The notes below the pieces were generated by a model, which searched no databases, had not been told where the DNA came from, and saw nothing but the letters and a program-made list of their open reading frames with translations. Position numbers and translations under genes: made by a program. From Azolla caroliniana (lineage: Eukaryota > Plantae > Polypodiophyta): a DNA stretch of 64,000 nucleotides. Below are positions 26,643 to 39,037 of this stretch, piece after piece (position 1 is the stretch's first letter; every line of letters starts with the position of its first letter). The stretch spans positions 10,912,001 to 10,976,000 of the forward strand of contig JBHGNT010000006.1 of assembly GCA_043228905.1 (NCBI GenBank). The letters are read 5' to 3'.

Positions 26643-27574
26643 GCGGCCCTCGACTTGGTTCGTGAAGTCCTCTCGCGCAAGCACCAGGTACTGCATCTAC
26701 CCTACCCCCATCGGCATCGTCACTAACTCTACCATCCATTTGAAATGGACGGCCGACGGGTAGGTCGGGTGTAGCTCGTCTCGATGTCGGATCATGGAGT
26801 GCATTTGGCAACTCTCACACGTCGTAACGAACTGATATACATCCCGGTATAGCCATGACCACCAATACTTCTCCTTTAGCTTCTCGAATGTGGCCCACGT
26901 CTCGCGATATCCGGCCCAAGGACTCTCGTGATATGACGTCAGCAATGCCTTCCGCTCTTCCTTTCCTGCCACTACGCGGAGTGGAACGCCACCTTGCTTT
27001 TTCGGGTGCTTCCATATGTTCCCGTCTCGCAGGAAGTACCGATACGCCTACTTTCAGATCCGGTTAGCTTCGTCTCTCGTCCACGCTGCGTCTGGCGTCA
27101 TTGTCTTCAAGAACCTACCGATCTAGATCCACTCTCCGTTGTACTCGCCTTCATCGAACTCGTTAAGTGCTAGAGTGCTCCCTGCCCTTGTAGTCACGTA
27201 CGCCAACTTGAAGAAGTCTACGCCGACTTCCTCGTCCTCTGATACCATGTTGTCCTCGTCGTCGAATTGTGCTCTCCAAAGCATGTCGGTGATGGTGTTG
27301 TCTTTCCTGGAGATATGCCGTATCTCCGTATTCAGGGACTTCACGTACACGATCCACCTAAGCACCGCCAGGTCCAGTGTCGCGCATTCGGAAACCATAC
27401 GGAGTATCGGTAGGCAATCCATCTCGATTATCACCTCCGTCTCAATCAAGTAGTCTTTATTGGCCTTGAATGTCGAAACGATACCCCACAATTCATGTTT
27501 AACCTGGGCGTATCCTCACTGTTGCTCGCTAAGTACCCATCCGATCTCGGTCGGGCTCGTGTCTACGGTCACAT

Positions 27575-29549
27575 TGTATTCTAGTTCCGTGGGGGTCTTG
27601 AACTGAGGGATTTAAGAGATCAAAGGAGAGAGAGATACGCGAGTGTATCGTCAGCTAGGCCTGCTCGTGGCCGACAATGTTGCTGGCCAAATAAGACTTG
27701 AACGCGTATAGTCTACGAACCTGGTACGCGCTCACCAAACAAGGTAGAGGGTACTCACGAGATCACAAGAGAGAGAAAACAGAAGTTTGAATTCAGTAAC
27801 TAGCAAGGTTACAATGTATACACGATTACAATTGGCAAGCCGACAACAGACCCAACACAGAGAACCCACGAACACACACGCAACATAGAGAACGCACGAT
27901 GGAGCCCTGCTGGAAGCAAGTGGGCTTACATGCAACAACAACAACCGACGCAGAAACAGAGTGGAGAGCAACGATGGAGGAGGAGGGAGCTCGATACCTA
28001 GTTCGACAACACCTCGTCCTCGCCAAAAACGTGATCCCTTCTTCTTTATCTCCCCTCCCTTTTATAGGTCGTCGAGGAGGCCGTTACATCAAAACACATC
28101 AACTTTATTCTCTGTCCCTTCGAACAATGATATGCGTTGATTTTTTAGCTAATAAATATGTCATACCGAGTATATTTACATAAACCATCCTATTCCTAGT
28201 TATGTATAATGTATCAATTCGCGCACACTCATGCAAGGGTGGGTTCACGCCTTTAATTCCTTGATTCCTCTTAGAGCCGGTTTTCTTCACAACATCCACC
28301 CCCACCAAACCGCGCATCCACCGGTATGCGCAAGACACTAACAATCACTGGAGGAGACCGGCCCGTAATCATCTGTCACTTCCCGGATCCTCGTCTGCTC
28401 CGAACCGGTCGTCGTCGTCGGTCACGCTTCCCGGGTTCGGCTCGCCCTCCTGCCACTTCTTGAACGTCTTGATCCGCTTCCCGGTTACCGACACTGTTAA
28501 TTGCGTCCCGTCGAGCTCCGTAAGATGATATGTCCTGTTGTCCTTCGCGCTCGTTACGACCCGAACCACCTCCTCGTGAATTTGCGCGTACACCAGCACC
28601 CAATCGCCTTCCTCGATCTTTTTTGGCCGCATCTGGTGCATCCGGTCAAACCGGCCTTTGTTCCTCTCCCTCACTGCATGTAGCTTTGCCTTTGCATGCT
28701 CCACGTCCTTCGGTCTTTGCTCGAGCTGTCAAATCCGCGCCGCCGACAGCTCCTCCCGGCTCATCTCGTCTCTCCAATCTATCACCGCCCATGAGGAAAT
28801 CGTCCAGTCCATCGGCATGATAGGCTTCTGCCCGTGTACATCAGCTCCGCTGGCATGAACCTTGTTACCGAACTGTGCGTAGTCCAGTCCGCCCACAATG
28901 CGTAAGGAAGGAGCCGCAGCCAATTCCTGACCTGTCCGTCGCACGCGCGTACCAGCGCCTTCACGATCGGCCCGTGCCCGCGTTCTACCTTCCCGTTGGC
29001 CTCCGGATTGTATGCCGAGGTGAGAGAGAGCTTCAATCCTAGCCGGTCGAAGAACTCCTCAACTTCTTGCGCGTTCAACTCTCCTTGGTCCACCACGATC
29101 TTCCCTACGCACCCGTATCGGCATACTACCTCTTTGATCAAAAACCGGCACACCGCCGCAGTCGTCTTTTTTGCAGTGCGTGGCCCTCCACCTGGTTCGT
29201 CAAATCCTGTTAGGAAACAGGTCCCTCCGGATGGGAAGTGAGAAGAACAGAAACCGGATGACGAGTACCCGGCAACGGAAGACCCGGTGAGAACCGGATG
29301 ACGAGTACCCGGCAATGGAAGACCCGGTGAGAACCAGATGACGAGTACCGGGCAAGAGCCGGATGGTGAAGGCCCGGTGAGAAGTACTCACCGGATGAAG
29401 GGACATATTCGTAAATATGTTTTCTGAGAGTCCATCGGGGCTATATTTGTAAATAGCCGAAAAGTCATATTAGTATAAATATGACTTAGGGCAAACTTAT
29501 TGTGGTGGTTGTCATTCTTGTTGGTGCAAGATTAGAGCGCATAATTGTG

Positions 29550-29591
<42 letters not shown>

Positions 29592-32500
29592 GAGGTTGTT
29601 TCCTCTGTTGTAACCGCCGCCTGTGGCGAAGATAGCAAGCTCGAGGTCGTTGCCTCAGTGCTTTACTATTGTACATTGTGATATAGTGATAGTTTGTAGT
29701 CTGTGGGCTGCCGTGGTTTTTCCCTAGTTTGGTTTTTCCACGTTAATATCCTGTGTACTCTTCTCTTCATTGTGTCGTGCGTTCATTACCCATTTTCTGT
29801 GTTTGATCCTAGGCTCGGTTGTGGCCGAGCGTTGTTCATCGGGAGCGTGTATTCCTGTCAAATCCTCCCGCGCAAGCACCAAGTACCGCATCTGCCCTAA
29901 CCCCATTGGCATCGTCAGTAAGTCTACCATCCACTTGAAATGGACGGTTAGCAGGTAGGTCGGGTGTAGCTCATCTCGATGTCGGACCATGGAGTGCAGC
30001 TGACAGCTTTCACACATCGTCACGAACTGGCGCACATCCCAGTACAGCCCAAGCCACCAATATTTCTCTTTCAGTTTCTCGAATGTGGCCCATGTCTCGC
30101 GGTGCTCAGCCCAAGGACTTTCGTGGTACGCTATTAACAACTCGTCCTGATCTTCCTTTCTCGCCACTACGTGGAGTGGAACGCCACATCGCTTCTTTGG
30201 GTGCTTCCATATACTTCCGTCCCGTAGGAAGAATCAATACGCTTTCTTCCGGATCCAGTTAGCCTCCTCTTTGTCCTCAGGAACCTCCCAATATGGAGCC
30301 ACTCCCTGTCATACTTGCTCTTGTTGAACTCATTAAGCGCCGGAGTGCTCCCCGCCCTTGTCGCTACGTGAGACGACTCGAAGAAGTCTACGCCGACTTC
30401 TTCGTCCTTCGAAACCATGTCGTTCTCGTCGTCGAACTGCGCTCTAGAAAGAATATCGGCAATGTTGTTGTCCTTTTCGGATATGTGTCGTATCTCCGGA
30501 TCCAAGGACTTAATGTACGCGATCCACCTAAGCATTGCCAGGTCCGGAGTTGCGCATCCGGAAACCATACCGAGGATCGGCAGGCAGTTCTTCTCGATGA
30601 TTACTTCTGTCCCGATCAAGTAGTCTTTATCAGTCTTGACCGCCGAAACGATACCCTACAGTTTGCGCTTAACTTGGGCGTATCCTCGCTGTCGCTCACT
30701 GAGAACCTTCACCCCGAACCGGATCGGGAACTGTGTGCCGCTATCGTCCTCCTGATTGATCACCCATCCTATCCCGGTCGGGCTCATATCTACGATTATG
30801 TAGATTGGGGCCTCCTTGCCGTAAACCACATTCCGGAGAGCCAGTGCCACAATAAGCGCCTCCTTCAGTCTCCAGATCGACTCCGTATGCTCCTTGCCCC
30901 ATTCGAATTTACGCCCCTTCTTCAGTAGCCCGTAGAGTGGTTCCGCGACGTCTGCGTAGTGCGGAATCCAAAATGCACATGCCCCCAAGATCCTTCGGAC
31001 CTCCGTAACCAATCCGCAATCGTCCTTCATCGTAGAGATGGCCTCCACCTCTGCCGGAGACGGTTTCCGGCCGAAAGGCCCGCACAAGTGCCCAACTACC
31101 AGGATCTCCGACTGCCCAAAAGTTGACTTCTCTCCGGAGAAGGTGAGCCGCGCTCTCTCAAGTCTCTGTAGCACCTTCTCGCAGTCGTTGATGTGGTTCG
31201 CGATGAATTTCCAGCATCCGCCCGGCCCGACCGATTCATCCTTATTCCCCACAGGACATCCCTTGATCGGGATGTCGTCCAAGAATGGCATGGTGATGTC
31301 TGGGATGCAGTCCCTCAACACCTTGTTCATTGCATTCACCATGTGTGCCACCAAGTTGGTTCCTCCCTACGGTAGGGTACACATCCGCAGTAGGCCGAGA
31401 GGAGTCTGCATTGTCGTGATATCCCGGGTCTCTACGGCTAGTTGGAACTAGTCATACCCTGAATATAGATCACTGATTGAATAGATTGACCTTCCGGCGA
31501 AGGCTTCCGTGAACTCGTCGATTGTCAGTCCGATACTTGCGTTTCGAATGGTCACCTTGTTGACTGGCTATAGGTCTTGTATGAAGCGCAACGTGCTGTT
31601 CTTTTTCGGCACGGTGAACCACCGATTCGAATACGGCGCTCTCGATGGCTCGAGGATGCCTATCTCCAATTTCTGTTTCAGCAACTCCATCAACTTCGGG
31701 ACGTGAACTCTGGGTACCGGAATCGGTTTGAGATTCCACAGCACATGCGGCACTTTGAATATCACCATTGGTTCTACGATCGTCGGGTCTACGCACCCGA
31801 TCTCCTCCAGTGAGAATGCGAAGGCCTTCCCGTGCCTTCCGAGCATCCTCCGAAACCGGTCCTCCTCTGCCGACAGTAGAAAGCCACCCCCACCAACCTT
31901 GAGCTCCCGTAGCGTTATGTCGGTGAACCGGTGTCCTATGCCAGTCGGATTCCGCGAACTTGGGTCGAACACGACCCCTTTAAACCACCCCTTGCTGTCC
32001 TCCAGCAAGGGAGCCACGACTAGCCTCACCTTCCGGTCCACAGTCTTGTACCTTGTATCCCCGTGAGCCGTTCGGTTCGACTTGACCCTTTCTCTGAAGT
32101 TAGCAATGACTTCGTACATCTCCACCGAGCTAACCGGAATTGTCCGGTCTTCACTAAGGCCTTCTTCGACCACACTGCGTAGTTTCCCCAAGGTGTCATC
32201 GAAGAAGACCGCCTCCATGGCGCCGCCAATCTCTTTGTCAAGGCCGAGGACGCCGCACACCCTGAATCTTTCCTCCGCCTGCTTCTTTTCCCGGCTGCTG
32301 ATGCCGGCTATAGTACAACCTCCATTATCGGAGAACCAAAATTTCCTATCTATGGTACATGTGTGGGGTTTTCCCGGGTTGTCCGGACTACCGTGGCCCA
32401 GCACCTTGATAGTCCTCTCTAAAAATCCCCTCAGCTATCGCCTCCGAGGGTCTCGCGGTTATGCTCATGATTCGGCCTCACCATCAGAAATTGAACGGAG

Positions 32501-34708
32501 CGCTGCCCATCCTGGCTCTTCACGCGCGTCTATGCCGAACCAATGACTAGCACCTTCGTTTCCATGCGTGCCACTGTAATGTACGGTTCGCTGAGTATCA
32601 CCGGGTGCGAGGATGTCTCCCGCACAAAGAAGTCTTGATCTATCTCGATGTCGCCGGTCTTTACGCGTACATTCGGTCACACACCATGCAACTCCTCCAT
32701 AGCGCGCGTTGCGGCGCGTATCTTTCATCCGTGCTTGGTGTTGATCGGCCATTTCCCCATTTTATAGAAATCCATGGACATCAGGTTGATTTCGGATCCA
32801 TGGTCTATCAATGCCACCACCGGCTCCGAAACGTGCCCGATCCGAACAGGGGTCTCCATAGTGGCTCTGGCCCAATGCAACTTCGAATAGTGTCTGTCCG
32901 CCAACTCGTCCTCTAGGGCCGTGTCTTCTAGGCGTGTCATCCGCACCTCCACAGGCTTCTCTGGCTCCATCTCCGTCGAGAGCCGCTTACACTTTACCAA
33001 GTCTACAATGGAGTCGTGGAACTCCTTCTTGGCAATCATGAGTACCTCCCGTAACGACAGCTACACCTTGCTTTCGAGGATCCGTTCCTCAAGGACCTAT
33101 CATAGGTCCGTCGTTCGCTCGATCTCGGTGTTCAACCGGAAACCAGCCGGCTTCTTTCTATCCGGCACGCCGGTGTTGGCGGCATCGTTCGGCTTTGGTC
33201 CGAACCGGGTCTCATACCGTTGTGAGGGACCGGCCCCTCCACCCTTTCCCGCGCGCTTGTCTTCTACCAGAACCTCGTAGTTCTGGCATGCGGCTTCAAC
33301 AAAGCCAATCTTTTCTTCAACCGGATCGTCCCATCTAGTGACCTCCCGAATCCGCTGCTCCGTGCGGTCCGCTTCCTCTTTCCTCAACCGAACCCCGGAG
33401 AGGCCTTTTAGCACTAGCGGCCAGAATCCGGAGTCTGTCGCCTTCCGACCCTCAGCGCCCCCGACCCGAATACCCGCTGACGCAGAGTAGTGGATGGCCT
33501 CTGCGTGTCGTGCCACGGCTTCCTCCATTAACCGCTTCATTCCGCCGCACCCGGTATTCAACTCCAAGGCTTTCCGAGTCTCGCTCGCATGTACCCGCCC
33601 ATTCCAGAGGTACACCGTGTTATTCCTGAGTGCTTCTGCAAAATCCGCACATTCCTTCCAGATGTGACCGACCGCGTCACACCACATGCACCGTTGCCAT
33701 GCCGGCGGCCTCCGGTCACGAGGCTGGTCGCCGTTGTCTCTCCGGGCCTGCACGATTTGGAGTTCCCGCACCATTTGTGTCAGCTCTTCTAGAGCTGACC
33801 CCCTGGAGAGACCCTTGACCACGTCGGACGGGCCTGCACCCAACTCCAACCAAGTTCGAGTCACATCTTTCCTTACCAATGCCGGCTCCTCGAACTCCCT
33901 TGCCGGGACTGGCCTTGCCGGGACTCGCCGCTCCATTCACACCGTTTGTTGAACAGACTACAAACTTGTTTTACCACGACCCAATCTATCGTGAGCCCTT
34001 CACACGTCTCCAATAGGAGACCCACTTTCTCCCGAACGTGTTCACGGTCCGGTCCAGCGCCAACAACCGATCAAACCGTTTTTCGAATTCTTGGAGGAGC
34101 ACAGACGTGTTCCTCGCCTTTCCGGGGGTCTCCACCCACCCCAAGAACTCTCGCTTTGATAGCCGAAGCAAGTCATCGAGCCCATATTTCTCGAGGATCT
34201 GACCTTCAAACTCTCCCCAGGTCCGGCATCCAGCTTGTACATCGAGCACCTCTGTGTGAATGCCTCGCGTCACCACCCGAGGGAAACCGGCCAACCGACT
34301 ATCTTCTGGAATGTCCCTCATCACCATTTCGGCCCGGTAGGCCTCCAAATAACTCGTGGTGTTCTTACCATTGAACCGGCCTATCGCGCTGACAATCACT
34401 TCAATGGCCTTGTCGAGGGCGCCTATGCCCTCGCAAGACCTTACTATCCGATCCACCGCTGCCGCCATGCCATGGCTTCGGCAAGCTCCAATCCCCTCAT
34501 CTCCAATCCCTCTGCCGCCTTGTTTCACGTCGGGTTCACCAAATTGTGTCGTGAAGTTCCACTCACGCAGGAGAAACTAAGGCGGGACCGTGGATGTCTT
34601 AAACCGAGGGGTTTAAGAGATCAAAGGAGAGAGAGATACGCGAGCGTATCACCGGCTAGGCCTGCTCGTGGCCGACAGTGTTGCTGGCCAAATAAGACCT
34701 GAATGCGT
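27575..34708 (-). mobile_element. Trp-lineage Gypsy copy D (different LTR subfamily): partial 3' LTR 27575-28294, full internal region, 5' LTR 34547-34708 cut by copy E+
   Basis: PPT after 28294, PBS 34524-34541, gag/PR/RT/RH/INT fragments in the ORF track. Confidence 0.9.
29208..29860 (+). mobile_element. Solo LTR with ~39-bp internal tandem repeats, inserted in the copy D integrase
   Basis: tgttagg...cctgtca termini, 5-bp TSD aatcc, TATA-like tataaat at ~29474. Confidence 0.9.
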
Positions 34709-36585
34709 TGTCGTGAAGAAAACCGGTCATAGGCGAAATCGGAGAAAAAGGCGCATGAACCGGCTCTTACATGGGTGGACACGAGAATTGATATTTTGTA
34801 CATAATTCATAATTAGGTCGGCTGATGTAAATACTAGGTAGTACACATTTATTAGGGGATTTGTGAGTATCTCTGTCAAAAGGGACAGGGAATAAAGCGA
34901 TTTGACTAGCGGAGAAGGGTCTCCCCTTTACGAACTATTTAAGGAGGGAGAGAAGGAAGAAAAGGGATCACGCGTTGGCGAGGACGAAGTGCTACTGTAG
35001 AACCGAGGGCCGAGCTCTCTCTCGAGTAGTGACGCCGAGCATCCACACGGAGGTGCTCGAGGTACTGGACGGATGCCAGACATGGGAGGAGTTCGAGCTA
35101 CAACTCCTCGAGAAGTACGGGTTTGATGACTCGCTTCGGCTGTCGAGGCGGGACTTCATGGTGTGGGTGGAAAACCCCGAAAAAGGGAGGAACATGTCGG
35201 CGCTCCTCCAGGAGTTCGAAAAACGATTCGCGCGGCTGTCGACGCTGGACCGGACCGTGCTCAAAATCATTCGAGTACTACTATTTGTCAAGTCGGTGGA
35301 CGCGCTCGACAGGGAAAAGGTGGGTCCCCTATTGGAGACGGACGAAGGGCTCACGGCAGACTAGGCCGTGGTAAAACGGGTCTGCAGCCATTTCGAGAAA
35401 CGGCGCGAGTGGAGCGACGAAAGCTCGTCGAAGTCAGGACCGGTCCTAGCGAGGAGGCTCGAGGAGCCAGTATCGGTGCTAGCCAGAAGGAAGGAAGAGA
35501 CCCTAATTTGGATGGAGTCAAGGTCGGCATCGAACGACGTGGTCAAAGGCCCATCTAGAGGAGCGGCTCTGGAGGAGCTAACACAGATGGTGCGCGACCT
35601 GCAGATCGCACAGGCCCGGAGAGATAGCGGCGAACAACCTTGCGACGGGAGGCCGCCGGCTAGGCAGTGGTGCGACGCAATCGGTCACATTCGGAAGGAT
35701 TGCACGGATTTTGCCGACGCACTCATGACCAACGTGGTGTACCTCTGGAACGGGCGGGTGCACGCGAGCGAGACCCGGAGAGCCCTAGAACTAAATACGG
35801 GGCGTGGCGGAATGAAGAGATTGATGGAAGAGGCAGCGGCACGGCATGTAGAAGTCGTTAACTACTCAGTGTTGGCGGGAATTAGGGTTGGGGGTGATGA
35901 GACCCAGAAGGCGAAGGACTCCGAATTCTGGCCGCTAGTGCTAGAAGGCCTCTCCGGAGTTTGGCACCGCATGTACTGTGGAATCTTCACAGTACCAAAT
36001 GTACTGTGGAATCTCAAACCAATTCCGGTGCCGAGAGCTCACATCCCGAAGTTGATGGAGCTTCTGAAGCAAAAGGTGGAGATGGGCATCCTCAAACCGT
36101 CGAGTGCCCCATATTCAAATCGGTGGTTTACGGTGCCGAAGAAGAACGGCACGGTCCGCTTCATTCAGGACCTGCAACCGGTCAACAGGGTGACCATTCG
36201 CAATGCAAGAATCGGACCGACCATAGATGAGTTCGCGGAGGCCTTCGCTGGAAGGTCGATCTATTCTGTCGGTGAATTATACTCGGGGTACGACCAGTTC
36301 CAGCTAGCCATGGAGAGCAGGGATATCACAACGATGCGAACTCCTCTCAGCCTAGTACGGATGTGTACCCTACCACAAGGCGGGACGAATTCGGTGGCGC
36401 ATATGGTGAATGCAATGAACAAGGTGCTGAGGAACTGCATCCTGGACATCACAATGCCATTCTTGGATGACATCCCGATAAAGGGGTGTCCGGTGGAAGA
36501 TGCGGACGAGACTGTCGGGCCAGACGGATGCCGGAGGTTCGTCATGAACCACATCAACGACTGCGAGAAGGTGCTGCAGAGGCTC

Positions 36586-37229
36586 CGGATGGGAAGGGAG
36601 AAGAACAGTGCCGACGAACAAACTCGGCCGAGGCCGAAACGGTATGAACCGGATGGGGAGAACCCGACTTCGGAGAGTCGGATGGTGTAGGCCCGGTATG
36701 AACCGGATGAGGAGTACCCGACTGCGGAGAGTCGGATGGTGTAGGCCCGGTATGAACCGGATGAGGAGTACCCGACTGCGGAGAGCCGGATGGAGCCCAT
36801 CGAGGCTACATTTGTAAATAGCCGAAAAGTCATATTAGTATAAATATGACTTAGGGCAAACTTTTAGTTGTGTGTTGTCATTCTGGTTGTTATTCTTTTC
36901 GTTGTTGCAAGAAGAAATCTGAGCGCGTAACTGTACAGAGAGAGAGAGAGAGACGAGGTCGTTGCCTCTGTTGTAACCGCCGCCTGTGGCGAAGATCTGA
37001 GAGCACGAGGTTGTTGCCTCAGTGATCTCACTGTTGTATATTTCTACATAGTGACAGTTTGCAGCTTGTGGGCTGCCGTGGTTTTCCCCCTATTTTGGGG
37101 TTTTCCACGTATACTCCTGTGTATCATTTCTCCTCTTCTGTGTCGCGTTTCATTACCTGTTTTTCTGTGTATGTAAAGAATCTCGGTTGTGGCCGAGCGT
37201 CGGACATAAGGAACGTCAAGTTCTCAACA
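36586..37229 (+). mobile_element. 5'-clipped solo LTR (same family as 29208-29860) with ~54-bp tandem repeats, flanked by an 84-bp direct duplication
   Basis: Shares the gtaaatagccgaaaagtcatattagtataaatatgacttagggc block and ends in caaca. 36502-36585 matches 37230-37313. Confidence 0.85.
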
Positions 37230-37528
37230 GCGGACGAGACCGTCGGGCCAGACGGATGCCGGAGGTTCGTCATGAACCACATCAACGACTGCGAGAAGGT
37301 GCTGCAGAGGCTCGAGAGCGCACGACTCACCTTCTCCAGAGAAAAATCGGCGTTCGGGCAGTCGGAGATCTTGGTGGTCAGATACCTGTGCGGGCCTTAC
37401 GGTAGGAAACCGTCTCCGGCAAAGGTAGAAGCCATCTCCGCGATGAAGGACGACTACGGGTCAGTTACGGAGGTCCGCAGATTCTTGTGGGCATTCGCGT
37501 TCTACCACATCTGGATTCCGCACTACGC

Positions 37529-38192
37529 TGTCGCGAAGATGCGCGTGCGAGCGTGCTTCGCTTGAGCGGGACCACCGGGGTCTTGGACCAAGGAGGATGT
37601 CCGTCAAGGTATTGAGAAGAGGACGATGTGAATGTAAGATTGGAAGAAGACCTATTACACTTGAGAAGATTGAAGATTGTACACTTTCAGAAGTAGATAA
37701 ATAATTACAAGATAGATGCGAAGAAGAAGAAATAGAAGCTTATATTATTGATGGTGATGATGATGGTCATATCATATTGAGCCCCCACCTTACACAAGCC
37801 GTACTAGGGGTTTTATAGGTTTGTCCATGCACAAAACCATGGGCTTGGAGCCATGGTTTTTGTGCACACAGTTTTGCTTTGTGACATGCAGGAAACCATG
37901 GGCTTAAAACCGTGGTTTTGTGTACACAGTTTTGTTCGTTTGTTTCCTACGGAATACTGAATATGAGAAAGAAATATAGAACATCTAAAGCACTTAGTAG
38001 TAGCTTTAGTGGTAAGGTAATTGCCTCTTACCTTAGAGGTGCAAGGTTCAAATCCTACTTGCAACCCTCTACATGCACTCAATGCCATTGTGACCTAGGT
38101 TTATTTATTTTCATTTTTACAAGTATTCGTGAAATGTGTGTGGATCCTCAATTTTTGAGTTTTTCTCGCACTAGACATGCCACATCATGACA
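37529..38192 (-). mobile_element. Solo LTR resembling the Trp lineage (tgtcgcgaag...catgaca)
   Basis: 4-bp TSD acgc; removing the insert restores the host codons PHYAHVA. Terminus resembles the lineage LTRs. Confidence 0.85.
38001..38062 (+). ncRNA. tRNA-like Pol III cassette in the solo LTR
   Basis: tagctttagtgg ... cctct/agagg stem ... ggttcaaatcc. Confidence 0.65.
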
Positions 38193-39037
38193 ACGCGCAT
38201 GTTGCGGAGCCGCTTTATGGGCTATTGAAGAAAGGGCGTAGGTTCGAGTGCAGGACAGAGCACACGGAGTCGGTCCGGAGGATGAAAGAGGCGCTTGTTG
38301 CGGCACCAGCTCTCCGGAAAGCGGTTTACGGCAAGGAAGTCCCCATTTGCATGACGGTGGACACGAGCCCGACTGGGATCGGGTGGGTAATCAATCAGGA
38401 GGACAATTGAAAAGGGGGTGTAGCTTTGAGTAGAGGACGGAGCACACGGAGTCGGTCCGGAGACTAAAGGAGGCACTTACGGTAGCACCAGCTCTCCGTA
38501 AAGCGGCTTACGGCAAGGGAGTCCCCATCTACGTGACGGTGGACACGAGCCTGATCGGGATCGGGTGGGTGATCAACCAGGAGGATGAGGACGGTGCACG
38601 GTTCCCGATTCGGTTCGGGGCGAAGGTATTGAGCGAGCGGCAGCAAGGATACGCCCAAGTCAAGCGTGTACTATGGGGTATCGTTTTGGCAGTCAAGGCC
38701 GACAAGGACTACCTGATCGGGACGGAGGTAACAATCGAGACGGACTGCCTGCCGATACTCGGTATGGTTTCCGGATGCGCGACGCCAAACCTAGCAATGC
38801 TCCGGTGGATAGCGTACATTAAGTCCCTGAACCCGGAGATACGACACATCTCCGGAAAGGATAATGCCATGGCCGACATGCTTTCGAGAGCGAGGTTCAA
38901 CGACGAAGACGGCCTGGTTTCGGATGACAAAGAAGTCGGTGAGGACTTCTTCGGGTCGACTAATGTGACGACGAGGAAAGGGGACACTCCGGCGCTTAAC
39001 GAATTTGATGAAAGCGGGTACGAAGGAGAGTGGCAGT

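Larger units (their letters stand above)
18045..27573 (-). mobile_element. Trp-lineage Gypsy copy B: RH-INT fragment truncated at both ends and split by copy A
   Basis: INT ARRWFGPY / CRYGCVGK at 18045-18806 continues at 26647-27573 (zinc finger, RH). Confidence 0.85.
34709..39037 (+). mobile_element. Trp-lineage Gypsy copy E+: partial 5' LTR, deleted gag/PR, RT and RH; ends at an inversion junction
   Basis: Begins with the reverse complement of the LTR end at 42299. 440-aa gag-RT fusion ORF 35368-36690, RH ORF 38533-39039. Confidence 0.88.
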
